Part shown: positions 9,749-18,021 of the stretch, one piece after another
How positions within the stretch are numbered: position 1 is the stretch's first letter
Layout of the letters: every line of letters begins with the position of its first letter
Source: a plasmid
Direction: 5' to 3' (one strand)
Sequence record: NZ_CP050991.1
Length of the DNA stretch: 42,965 bases
Translations under genes and position numbers: made by a program
Notes under the pieces: model-generated
What the model was told of the DNA's origin: nothing
Seen by the model: the letters and a program-made list of their open reading frames with translations, nothing else
Databases searched by the model: none

Positions 9749-10372
9749 ATGCTGATCGGCTACATGCGGGTATCCAAGACGGACGGCAGCCAGGCCACCG
9801 ACCTGCAACGCGACGCGCTGATCGCCGCCGGCGTCGCGCCGGAGCAATGCTATGAGGACCAGGCCTCAGGCAAGCGCGAGGACCGTCCGGGCCTGGCCGC
9901 CTGCCTGAAGGCGCTGCGCGCCGGCGACACGCTGGTGGTGTGGAAGCTGGACAGGCTGGGACGCGACCTGCGCCACCTGGTCAACACCGTGCACGAACTG
10001 ACCGCGCGCGGCATCGGCCTCAAGGTGCTGAGCGGACACGGCGCCGCCATCGACACCGCCAGCGCCGCCGGCAAGCTGGTTTTCGGCATCTTCGCCGCAT
10101 TGGCGGAGTTCGAACGGGAATTGATTTCCGAGCGCACCACGGCCGGCCTGGCCGCGGCGCGCGCGCGCGGCCGCCACGGCGGGCGGCCTTACAAGATGAC
10201 CGCCGCCAAGCTGCGCCTGGCGCAGGCGGCGATGGGCCAGCCCGGCACCAAGGTGGCGGAACTGTGCGCGGAGCTGGGCATCACTCGGCAAACGCTGTAC
10301 CGCCATGTTTCCCCCCAGGGAGAATTGCGGCCCGATGGCGAAAAGCTGCTGGCGCGACGGGCTTCGCGATAA
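9749..10372 (+). CDS. Serine recombinase (resolvase/DNA-invertase family)
   Basis: 207 aa from ATG 9749 (the track ORF extends upstream to 9440 in the same frame). N-terminal MLIGYMRVSKTDGSQATDLQRDAL carries the catalytic Ser motif. The C-terminus has GGRP and a short HTH (ITRQTLYRHV). Confidence 0.85.
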   Translation: MLIGYMRVSKTDGSQATDLQRDALIAAGVAPEQCYEDQASGKREDRPGLAACLKALRAGDTLVVWKLDRLGRDLRHLVNTVHELTARGIGLKVLSGHGAAIDTASAAGKLVFGIFAALAEFERELISERTTAGLAAARARGRHGGRPYKMTAAKLRLAQAAMGQPGTKVAELCAELGITRQTLYRHVSPQGELRPDGEKLLARRASR

Positions 10373-10892
10373 ACGCGTTCTCCCCTGCTCTATCCGATCG
10401 CCAGGACGATTCGCGAATAGGCGGTTTCCCTCCCGTTCTTGGTCCGCTGCTGCTGCCTGCAATCGTCGATGCCGCCCTTTTCATCGCATGCCAGGGTCTC
10501 GGGGCTTCGCCCTGAGCAGGCAGATAGGCAGCGCCAGGGAGTGAAACGACCGCGGCGCGGCCGCTTGTAATCACGCCGGTTGCCGGCGGTATTACAAACC
10601 CTACCCTGTCCTCGATTGAAGTCCTGCCTTCCGCACGCCTTGTCGATACAGAATCGGTAAACAGGAAGAAACGCCGAAAGCATCGCCAGGCCACCATCAT
10701 GAAAACGGATCGCCGACACCTCGATCAAACAGCAGTCAAAACACGCGCTCAGCCGAAAAAGATAGCCCGTTGAAACCAGGCAGAAAACATCAGCGGAAAC
10801 AGTATCGAAAACCGCTGGCGAAACTTATCGGAAATCAGAATGGCCCCGTTCCTGGAAACAGATCTGAAATACCTGTTCTTACATGTTTATTG

Positions 10893-10938
10893 TTGTAAAA
10901 TACAAATACAACTTTTACGATGTTTTTTGTTTTTACAA
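10893..10938. promoter_or_regulatory. AT-rich hipBA promoter region with two near-palindromes (TTGTAAAATACAA 10893-10905; TTGTTTTTACAA 10927-10938). Candidate operators for the XRE/HipB-type repressor
   Basis: Palindromes read from the sequence. GGGAG ribosome-binding site 7 nt before the hipB ATG. Confidence 0.3.
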
Positions 10939-10966
10939 CATTCAAGATGTATCTTGGGAGCCAGCC

Positions 10967-11230
10967 ATGCACTACCCCGTCCGCACTCTGGAGCAACTGC
11001 GCCCTCTATTGCTTGGCCTGCGCAAGGCGGCGGGGTTGACTCAAACTCAGCTGGCCGCGCGCCTCGGCGTGTCCCAGCAAAGCTACGCCCGGTTGGAAGC
11101 CAACCCCGCCGCCGCCAGCGTGGAACGCTTATACCGCGCGCTGCGGGCGCTGGATGCGGAGTTGGCGTTGTCCAGCCCCGGCTCCCCTCCTCCGCCATCA
11201 GCGGCGGATGCGCACGGAGAGGAGTGGTGA
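10967..11230 (+). CDS. hipB: HipB-like XRE-family HTH antitoxin/repressor
   Basis: 87 aa. LRKAAGLTQTQLAARLGVSQQSYARLE is a classic XRE helix-turn-helix. The stop is 2 nt before the hipA start. Confidence 0.7.
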   Translation: MHYPVRTLEQLRPLLLGLRKAAGLTQTQLAARLGVSQQSYARLEANPAAASVERLYRALRALDAELALSSPGSPPPPSAADAHGEEW

Positions 11231-11231
11231 C

Positions 11232-12581
11232 ATGGGCCGCCGCAAACAGCAGCAAAAATTGCATGTATGGATGAACGGCCTGCCGGTCGGCAGTTGGGAG
11301 ACTGGCCGAGCCGGCGACCGCCTGACTTATTTCGACGACTGGGTGGCTCACCCGCAGGGGCGTCCGCTGTCGTTGTCCCTCCCCTTCCTACCCGGCGGCA
11401 TGCCGCATCAGGGCACGGCTGTCGCCGCTTTTTTCGACAACCTGCTGCCCGATAGCGAAGCCATCCGCCGGCGCCTGGCGCAACGCCATCGCTTGGCCGA
11501 AACGTCGCCGTTCCAGCTGCTCTCGGCCCTGGGCCGGGATTGCGTCGGCGCGATCCAACTGCTGCCCGAGGATGAAACGCCGCAGGACCTGCGGACGATC
11601 CGCGGCGAAGCCTTGGATGAGGCCGGCGTCGCCCGCCTGTTGCGCCAGGCCGTCGCGGCCGAGCCGCTCGGACTGCGGGAGGACGAGGCGGATTTGCGGC
11701 TGTCCATCGCCGGCGCGCAGGAAAAGACCGCGCTGCTGCGCCATGCCGGCCGTTGGCTGTTGCCGCGGAACAGCACCCCAACCACCCATATTTTCAAGCT
11801 GCCATTGGGCCTGGTCGGCGGCATGCAGGCGGACATGCGTAGCTCGGTGGAGAACGAATGGCTATGCTCGCGCCTGGTTGCCGGCTTCGGCCTGCCGGTG
11901 GCGGCATGCCAGATCGCGCGGTTCGAGGAACAGAAAGTCCTGGTGGTGGAACGCTTCGACCGCCGCCTGTCGGCAGACGGCAGCTGGATTCTGCGCCAAC
12001 CGCAGGAAGACATGTGCCAGGCGACCGCCACCCCGCCCCACCTCAAGTATCAGGCTGACGGTGGACCCGGCATCGCCCGGATTCTGGATATCCTGGACGG
12101 CTCACAAGCGCGGGAACGCGACCGCATGGATTTTTTCCGCGCCCAGCTGGTTTTCTGGCTGCTGGCCGCGACAGACGGACACGCCAAGAACTTCAGTTTG
12201 TTCCATCTGCCGGGCGGGCAATATCAAGCTACGCCCTTGTACGACATTTTGTCGGCCCATCCCATCATCGGCAACGGTAGCGGCCGGATCGCGCCGCAAA
12301 AGGTCAAGCTGGCCATGGCGGTGCGCCGCCGCAGCAACCATTATCTACTGGAACGCATTCGTTACGGCCATTGGCTGGCCCAGGCTCGGCAGGTGGGGTT
12401 GGCTCCGGGCCAGGCCGCTCGGTGGATAGATGAGCTGGTGGAGCAAACCGATGGCGTCGTGCAAACCGTCGCCAAGGAATTGCCGGCGGACTTTCCCCAG
12501 GATGTGGCTGACGCCATCTTCCAAGGCATGCGGCGCCAGCGCGATAAGTTGGCGGCAGGAAAACTGGCCGGCGATGAGTAG
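11232..12581 (+). CDS. hipA: HipA-family serine/threonine kinase toxin
   Basis: 449 aa from ATG 11232 (GGAG ribosome-binding site upstream). N-terminal LHVWMNGLPVG...LTYFDDW (HipA N-domain), SIAGAQEKTAL and DGHAKNFSL catalytic motifs. Confidence 0.85.
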   Translation: MGRRKQQQKLHVWMNGLPVGSWETGRAGDRLTYFDDWVAHPQGRPLSLSLPFLPGGMPHQGTAVAAFFDNLLPDSEAIRRRLAQRHRLAETSPFQLLSALGRDCVGAIQLLPEDETPQDLRTIRGEALDEAGVARLLRQAVAAEPLGLREDEADLRLSIAGAQEKTALLRHAGRWLLPRNSTPTTHIFKLPLGLVGGMQADMRSSVENEWLCSRLVAGFGLPVAACQIARFEEQKVLVVERFDRRLSADGSWILRQPQEDMCQATATPPHLKYQADGGPGIARILDILDGSQARERDRMDFFRAQLVFWLLAATDGHAKNFSLFHLPGGQYQATPLYDILSAHPIIGNGSGRIAPQKVKLAMAVRRRSNHYLLERIRYGHWLAQARQVGLAPGQAARWIDELVEQTDGVVQTVAKELPADFPQDVADAIFQGMRRQRDKLAAGKLAGDE

Positions 12582-12830
12582 TTTGCGCCGTGACTGCAAA
12601 TGCCCTGCCCTGTCTCGCTGATTTCCTTGTCCTCAACGCTGTGATGTGGCTGATATCTTCGGTTCACCTGTCTGATTTGAATCATGGCAGCCGTGAATTC
12701 ACGGATATGTATTCAAAGCAGACGTCTCAGGCGTGCAAAACCAGATTGATCTGGGAATCTTTTAACAGGCGCGCATGTCATCACACCGTATCCGGCTCAG
12801 TTATTGGCAATGAGCCGGATATTAAGTTTT

Positions 12831-12856
12831 TAGTTAAAAAACGCGCGCATGTTACA
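12831..12856. repeat. ~25-bp element TAGTTAA[A/G]AA..ACGCGCGC[A/G]TGTTA. A second copy lies at 17384..17414, in direct orientation, bracketing the rep/par module
   Basis: Both copies read from the sequence. The second copy includes an a(CG)5t alternating tract at 17398-17409. Confidence 0.3.
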
Positions 12857-12885
12857 TCATCAAGTATTCATTTGTTGTCAGCTTG

Positions 12886-14067
12886 TTATTCACTCTTTTT
12901 GCGGCTGATTTCCCGTTGAAGGGTGGGTAATTTCCCGTAGTTTTGGCATGACGGGTGGTTGCTTTCCCGTCGCCCCGTCATGCGGCCGCATTTGAACCGT
13001 GGGTGAAGCGCCGGCAAGTGCGAATCCCGGTTGACTACCAGCAGCTGGTCCCGGCTGGCGTCCCACAACAGCTGATAGCCGGGGAAGGGACCTTCTGCCA
13101 GTACGGTTTTCAACATGCGGCGGAATTCGCGCCGGCTTGCCTGGCTGCCGCTTTTCAGATGCAAGGCGTCTATGCCTATGCGCCATTCCCGCTGCCGGCC
13201 GCAATGTTTGCGCGCCAGCTCGTAAAGGCGCTTGGCCAAGGGTTTCCGCAGCTGCAGATAGCCGGGATGCAGACTCAGCACTCGACGTTGCTGCACCGCG
13301 TCCAGCAACCAGGGAGACAGTTCGACTTCTATTTGCAGCTCTCCGGAAGAAATGAGCTTGGTCCAGCTTGCCAACAACGGTTGCTGGATGTCCTTCAAGC
13401 CCTCCTGCCGATAGTCGAATTCGGTATTGCATAAGCGTTGGAGACTTTTCTCCACTGCTCGGTAACTACGACCACCCTGGTCTCTCCCGGTATCGCGCAA
13501 GAAACCAGCAATGCCGAAACGTAAGCGGTTCGGCAGTGGGCCCGTCGCGCCAAATTGGTGTTGGCATAACTGGGAGCAAAAATAAACCAATAGTTCACGG
13601 TCATAGACCGTTGCCCGACCCAGGGTCGAGTCTCTTAGCTGAATGCTGAGTTGGCGGCTGCCATCACGATTTTGCCATTGCCAAATCCCAGGGATATCTC
13701 GGCAACTCAGCGCGAACAGCGGTAATTCCAAGCTGAAGTTGTCGCTTTTCCAAGAACGCGTTTCCAAGGCCTCCAAAGGCGCTTGCGGCAAGATGGCGCA
13801 TGGGATGGTGGATAAGGGGTCAGGCGCAGTTTTACTGAAGGAAAGCAATCGCAATAGCAGGGCTAAGCGCTGTTCTGCTTTTTGTTTGAGAAATTGTAAT
13901 TGAACCCCATCCTGCTTTTCCTTGGCGAGTAACCAGCTGATTTGTTCCGGCAGCGTCAACAAGACATGCAAGGCCATTTCTCGTTGAGCTTGTTGATTCA
14001 ACAAGCGTAGATAGTTTTTTCGTTGTTCCTTCGGCAGTTGAAGGAACTGCTGCAGCAAGCTGTCCAT
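12886..14067 (-). CDS. Plasmid replication initiator, RepA/TrfA-like family (paralog 2)
   Basis: 393 aa. The C-terminal region KPLAKRLYELARKHCGRQREWRIGIDALHLKSGSQASRREFRRMLKTVLAEGPFPGYQL is clearly paralogous to NKPLERRLYEIARKHVGRQSKWQISLEALWKKSGSLSPLKKFKHQLKQSIADDALPGYSY in the 16170..17120 gene. Lower GC than its surroundings. Confidence 0.55.
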   Translation of the reverse strand: MDSLLQQFLQLPKEQRKNYLRLLNQQAQREMALHVLLTLPEQISWLLAKEKQDGVQLQFLKQKAEQRLALLLRLLSFSKTAPDPLSTIPCAILPQAPLEALETRSWKSDNFSLELPLFALSCRDIPGIWQWQNRDGSRQLSIQLRDSTLGRATVYDRELLVYFCSQLCQHQFGATGPLPNRLRFGIAGFLRDTGRDQGGRSYRAVEKSLQRLCNTEFDYRQEGLKDIQQPLLASWTKLISSGELQIEVELSPWLLDAVQQRRVLSLHPGYLQLRKPLAKRLYELARKHCGRQREWRIGIDALHLKSGSQASRREFRRMLKTVLAEGPFPGYQLLWDASRDQLLVVNRDSHLPALHPRFKCGRMTGRRESNHPSCQNYGKLPTLQREISRKKSE

Positions 14068-14280
14068 AATTTAAATTGATATCTTTCAAGATTAAAAATC
14101 TTGCTTAATAGCAGATATCGCTTAACGCTTGAGATATTCAACTCATAAAGCGGCCTGATTGAGCTTGAATCAAGCTGCTACGACAGCGCGCAATAGCATG
14201 CTGAATGGGAAAACATGTGAAGAATGGATCGTTCGCTGCTCTCCTACGATGCCTGTGGGTAGAGGCAAGCGATCGTTTCC

Positions 14281-14293
14281 GGGGGGGGGGGGG
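14281..14293. repeat. Homopolymeric G13 tract in the divergent repA2/parA promoter region
   Basis: 13 consecutive G read from the sequence. Such tracts are hypermutable (slipped-strand mispairing), but a sequencing or assembly artefact is also possible. Confidence 0.5.
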
Positions 14294-14334
14294 AGTTTTG
14301 CCGTTTGATGGGGGTGTCCAAACGGGTTGCGACA

Positions 14335-14353
14335 GTGTAGCAAGTTGCTACAC
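14335..14353. promoter_or_regulatory. 19-bp perfect palindrome GTGTAGCAAGTTGCTACAC upstream of parA. Candidate parS/centromere or ParB operator. A second copy lies at 16141..16158
   Basis: Palindrome read from the sequence. The same sequence with a one-base difference at the centre sits between parB and repA1. Confidence 0.45.
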
Positions 14354-14417
14354 TCGGCTGGACTTTCTTTTTTTGCCGGCGTATCTTACACGGAAATAAA
14401 GCCTATCGAACACGGTA

Positions 14418-15257
14418 TTGGACAAAGATATGACTCAAGTCATTGCAGTCGCAAACCATAAAGGGGGATGCGGCAAGACTACCACGGTGATCAATCTAGC
14501 CGCCGAATTCGCCCGCATCGGCCTGAATGTCCTGGTGGTGGACATGGATCCGCAAGCCAACGCCAGCCTTCATTTGGGCAAGAAACATCCCAGCGAGGTG
14601 CCAATCACCTGCGCCGAACTGCTGTTGTCGGAAGTGGAGAAACTGCCGGCGGCCATCTACGAAGACAACCACATTCCCGGCGTCGGCCTGATCTACGGTT
14701 CGTTGCAGCTAGGCAAGGCTGAAGACGAATTGAAGGACGACACGCCGCGCCCATCGGAAGAACTGAGGCAGAAGCTGGCGCCGTTGATGGGTTTGTACGA
14801 CGTGATCCTGATCGATTGTCCGCCCAGCCTGAAATTGCTGACCAGCAATGCGCTGGCGGCTTCCACCCACGTGATCATTCCGATCGAGTCCGGCTCCCAG
14901 TATGGCATGTACGGCATGACCGATCTGCTGCGTCATGTCAACCGCATCCGCCGCATCAATCCCCAGCTGGAACTGTTGGGTGCCTTGTTGGTGAAGCATG
15001 ATGAGCGGCAGACGGTTTGCCGTTTGATCGAAGCGGCCGCGCGGGAGCAGATAGGCAAACTGTTGCCGATCCGCATTCCCACCAGCACCCGGGTCAACCA
15101 GGCCGCGATGGCGCAGACCAGTTTGCACAGCCTGGACCGCAGCGCCAAGGTCACACGTGAATTCCGCGCGCTGGCGCAGTTGCTGGCACAGCAGTTGCAG
15201 CTGCAAGCCACGTCTCAATTGGAAGAAGATGTAGAAATCAATGGCGAAGAATCTTAA
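14418..15257 (+). CDS. parA: ParA/Soj-family partition ATPase
   Basis: 279 aa. IAVANHKGGCGKTTT is a deviant Walker A (KGGxGKT). Overlaps parB. Confidence 0.85.
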   Translation: MDKDMTQVIAVANHKGGCGKTTTVINLAAEFARIGLNVLVVDMDPQANASLHLGKKHPSEVPITCAELLLSEVEKLPAAIYEDNHIPGVGLIYGSLQLGKAEDELKDDTPRPSEELRQKLAPLMGLYDVILIDCPPSLKLLTSNALAASTHVIIPIESGSQYGMYGMTDLLRHVNRIRRINPQLELLGALLVKHDERQTVCRLIEAAAREQIGKLLPIRIPTSTRVNQAAMAQTSLHSLDRSAKVTREFRALAQLLAQQLQLQATSQLEEDVEINGEES

Positions 15258-16146
15258 AGCGATGTTGGCCAAGAAACTGGCCGAGAACAATCTGCGTCAC
15301 CGCGAGTCGCCGCAGGAAACCGAATTCGACGAAGGCCGCCAGCATGTGCGGCTGGATCTCGATCTGATCGATCCCAACCCTTATCAGCCGCGACGCAGCT
15401 TTCCACAACAAGAGCTGAATGCGCTGGCGTCTTCGATCGCGGAAACCGGCCTGCTGCAGCCGGTCACCGTGCGCAAACATGAAGGTCGTTATCAGCTGAT
15501 CGCCGGCGAGCGCCGTTTGCGGGCGCACGAGCTGCTGGGCAAAGCCAGCATCGAGGCGATCGTGGTACCGTCGGAGGACGCCGATCTGGCGGTATTCGCG
15601 CTGGCGGAGAACATTGATCGCCAGGATTTGGCCGATTATGAAATCGGCCTGGCTTTGCGCCGCATCGAAAACCTGTTTCCATCGAAGAAGAAATTGGCGG
15701 AATCGCTGGGCTTGAATCGCGAGGATATGTACCGCTACTTCGCGTTCGAGGCTTTGCCAGAGCGCTGGCGGGCAAGACTGGATCAGGAACCGCGTTTGCT
15801 GTCACGGTCGGCAGCCAGCGAATTGAAGCGTCTGTTGGAACAGACGCCGCCCAGTCCGGAGCTGGACATCGCTTTGGATCTGGCTTGGTCCCTGCTGGAG
15901 CAGGGATCGTTGGAACAGGGGAAAATGGCCGGCTTCATCAACCGGCAGTTGCAGCAGCAAGACGTCAGCCGTCCCCTGCCCTCGCAAAGACAGGCCTGGA
16001 AATTGGCCAGGGCGGGCCAGCAGGTGGGTTCGATGTCGCGAGACGACAAGCATGTGATGTTGAAGCTCAAGGCCGGTGTGTTGAACGATGAGGAAATCGT
16101 TCAATTGGAGCAGTTCGTCCGTCAGCTATTGAGTCATGAAGTGTAG
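15241..16146 (+). CDS. parB: ParB/Spo0J-family partition protein
   Basis: 301 aa. QPVTVRKHEGRYQLIAGERRLRAHELLG is the ParB N-domain hallmark (GERRxRA). Confidence 0.85.
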   Translation: MAKNLKAMLAKKLAENNLRHRESPQETEFDEGRQHVRLDLDLIDPNPYQPRRSFPQQELNALASSIAETGLLQPVTVRKHEGRYQLIAGERRLRAHELLGKASIEAIVVPSEDADLAVFALAENIDRQDLADYEIGLALRRIENLFPSKKKLAESLGLNREDMYRYFAFEALPERWRARLDQEPRLLSRSAASELKRLLEQTPPSPELDIALDLAWSLLEQGSLEQGKMAGFINRQLQQQDVSRPLPSQRQAWKLARAGQQVGSMSRDDKHVMLKLKAGVLNDEEIVQLEQFVRQLLSHEV

Positions 16147-16158
16147 CAACTTGCTACA
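16141..16158. promoter_or_regulatory. Second copy of the parS-like palindrome (GTGTAGCAACTTGCTACA), between parB and repA
   Basis: Read from the sequence. Nearly identical to 14335..14353. Confidence 0.45.
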
Positions 16159-16169
16159 GGAGTGAGACG

Positions 16170-17120
16170 ATGTCGGATCTGTTTGTGCAGGAAGACGAGC
16201 AGCCGGAACAGAACCCGTTGCTGACTCAGTTGCAGGCGATCAGCCAGAAGGCGAAGCAGCGGCGTTCGGAAAGCAGCATCGCGCCGATCAAGAATCCACA
16301 GCGAGACTTCTTTGTCGCCGATTTTGTCGACTACACCTTCAAAGACGATGTGGCGACGATGGATGCGCCCTTTTTCAGCCTGTCGACCAAGACGGATCGT
16401 AATATTTTCCGCTGGGAGAGTCCGGATGCTCGCCGCTATGTGGAAGTGGCGCCGTCGGCTTTTGGCCGGGCCACCATGTTGGACAAAGACGTGTTGATCT
16501 TCCTGGCCAGCCAGGTGACGGCGGCGCGCAATGCCGGCGCCGAGATCAGCCGCACCGTGCGTTTTGTCGCCCATGATTTCCTGGTCAGCACCAATCGCGA
16601 TACCAGCCGTAACGGGTACAAGGGTTTAAAGGATGCGTTGACGCGTTTGCGGGGCACTACCATCCGCACCAATATCCGTACCGGCGATCGGGAAATCACC
16701 CATATTTTCGGCTTGATAGAGTCCGCTCAGATCATCGCGGCTGAACGCAGCGGCCGGATGAGCGCGGTGGAGGTGACCTTATCGGAATGGTTGTGGCGGG
16801 CCTTGGCCTCGTTCGAGGTATTGAGTATCGATGAAGCCTATTTCCGTTTGAACAAGCCTTTGGAGCGGCGCTTGTATGAGATTGCCCGCAAGCATGTGGG
16901 GCGTCAAAGCAAGTGGCAGATCAGTCTGGAGGCGCTTTGGAAGAAATCGGGCTCGCTCAGCCCATTGAAGAAGTTCAAGCACCAGCTGAAGCAAAGCATC
17001 GCGGATGACGCGCTGCCTGGCTACAGTTACCGGCTCAACGCGGATGACTCGGTGAGCTGCTTTCCTAAAAACAACGCTCCAGCCGTGGACGAGGTGACGC
17101 GGCGCTTGGTCCAGCCCTGA
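16170..17120 (+). CDS. repA: Plasmid replication initiator, RepA/TrfA-like family (paralog 1)
   Basis: 316 aa. GGAG ribosome-binding site upstream. Paralog of 12886..14067 (see above). Followed by an AT-rich region and iterons. Confidence 0.6.
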   Translation: MSDLFVQEDEQPEQNPLLTQLQAISQKAKQRRSESSIAPIKNPQRDFFVADFVDYTFKDDVATMDAPFFSLSTKTDRNIFRWESPDARRYVEVAPSAFGRATMLDKDVLIFLASQVTAARNAGAEISRTVRFVAHDFLVSTNRDTSRNGYKGLKDALTRLRGTTIRTNIRTGDREITHIFGLIESAQIIAAERSGRMSAVEVTLSEWLWRALASFEVLSIDEAYFRLNKPLERRLYEIARKHVGRQSKWQISLEALWKKSGSLSPLKKFKHQLKQSIADDALPGYSYRLNADDSVSCFPKNNAPAVDEVTRRLVQP

Positions 17121-17456
17121 GTGGCTGAAAGCGACACGAATCGTGGCGGGCCGCTACACACTTCGTGATTACAGGAACCTGTTTTCGCCGTTTAGCGTTT
17201 TCGCCTTTTGGCTGATTCTGTTTTTTCAGACCAAAGGCCTGGGACGGCGTTTGGTTTTTCTTGCTTGCCTGGGCAGTTCGACAGCGCCGCCTGCTCTTTC
17301 CGGCTTGTTGACGACGTTTTTTTGCAGACTTCTACTGATTTGTCCGTGTTGTGGAGCGTTTGCTTACCAGGTGCTGTTATTTATAGTTAAGAAGTTAACG
17401 CGCGCGCGTGTTAGGAAATCAGGATGCCTTGTCTAGCAAGGCTTTGAGGGTAGATT

Positions 17457-17565
17457 GGGTTCCTGACTTCACGATGTCGCGGTTCCTGCATTCTCGAACG
17501 TTTGTTCCTGCGTTCACGAATCAGGGTTCCTGGCTTCCCGAAACGGGTTCCTGGCTTCCCGAAAC
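17457..17565. repeat. Five direct iterons (core GGTTCCTG; the last two copies are identical 21-mers GGGTTCCTGGCTTCCCGAAAC) spaced 21-23 bp, at the end of an AT-rich stretch (17121-17456). Candidate oriV
   Basis: Core starts at 17458, 17481, 17503, 17525 and 17546. T-runs and lower GC upstream. Confidence 0.6.
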
Positions 17566-18021
17566 AGTTGTCGCGTGGCTCGCCAAGGCGTACCAATCCT
17601 GCCAGCCTATCAATGCTTCCCGCCATTGCTGGCAGCGGGCGTAGTTGTGGCTGACGGTATCGAGAGCGGCAAGGTCATCAGTGGCAAGGGCGCGATCAGC
17701 AGCTCCGGCGGCGGGCTGGGTAGGGGCGGACAGATTGGCCGCGGCGTCGTGCTGCAGGCGCCAAGCAGCAGGCAGCACAATACGTTGGCGGTAATGCTGG
17801 CGGTAGGCTTCAAGATTGCGCTCCAGGGATTGGACTTGTTTGTCGTGCTGCAGCTGCAGCCATTTTTGCTGCTGGGCCAGGTCCGTGAGCCGAGTTTGCC
17901 ACTGCCGCTGCTCGCCCAGCTGTCGCTGTTCCGCTTGGTACTGGGCGCGCCGCTCGCCGGTTTGGAAACCGGACAAGAAGGCTAGCAGCAGGAAAATCAG
18001 TGCCAGAAGCAGTTTGTTCAT
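17521..18021 (-). CDS. Rz-like i-spanin (N-terminal transmembrane helix plus periplasmic coiled coil)
   Basis: 166 aa from ATG 18021: MNKLLLALIFLLLAFLSGF, then a Gln/Arg/Glu-rich coiled coil. ATGA overlap with the upstream transglycosylase gene. The C-terminal 14 aa are encoded by the iterons, so the true stop may be earlier. Confidence 0.5.
   Translation of the reverse strand: MNKLLLALIFLLLAFLSGFQTGERRAQYQAEQRQLGEQRQWQTRLTDLAQQQKWLQLQHDKQVQSLERNLEAYRQHYRQRIVLPAAWRLQHDAAANLSAPTQPAAGAADRALATDDLAALDTVSHNYARCQQWREALIGWQDWYALASHATTVSGSQEPVSGSQEP
17610..17813 (-). CDS. Rz1-like o-spanin lipoprotein embedded out of frame inside the Rz-like gene
   Basis: 67 aa: MKPTASITANVLCCLLLGAC-STTPRPICPPLPSPPPELLIAPLPLM. 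Lipobox LLGAC followed by a proline-rich mature part, the classic embedded Rz1 architecture. Confidence 0.5.
   Translation of the reverse strand: MKPTASITANVLCCLLLGACSTTPRPICPPLPSPPPELLIAPLPLMTLPLSIPSATTTPAASNGGKH

Noticed and set aside
9396-10372. Invertible tail-fibre (G-segment-like) switch driven by the serine recombinase
   Set aside because: No fibre gene is adjacent, and no large inverted repeats flanking a segment were found by eye. All three small repeats lie immediately upstream of the gene, as in a res site. Kept only as a low-probability alternative in the findings.
12590-12919. 109-aa plus-strand ORF in the AT-rich gap between hipA and repA2
   Set aside because: AT-rich intergenic DNA between convergent genes. 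No ribosome-binding site. Composition unlike the surrounding genes. The region instead contains a 14-bp palindrome (CCGTGAATTCACGG, 12693-12706) and the boundary repeat.
12909-12970. Three TTTCCCGT direct repeats (12909, 12931, 12963), considered as a second iteron set
   Set aside because: They lie inside the 3' coding end of repA2 with irregular spacing (22 and 32 bp). They could be Rep-binding sites, but that cannot be distinguished from coding repetition by eye.
17408-17644. Plus-strand 78-aa and minus-strand 71-aa ORFs across the iteron region
   Set aside because: They are generated by the repeated iteron sequence and do not code. The translation contains the repeated SGSQEP/WLPETG units.
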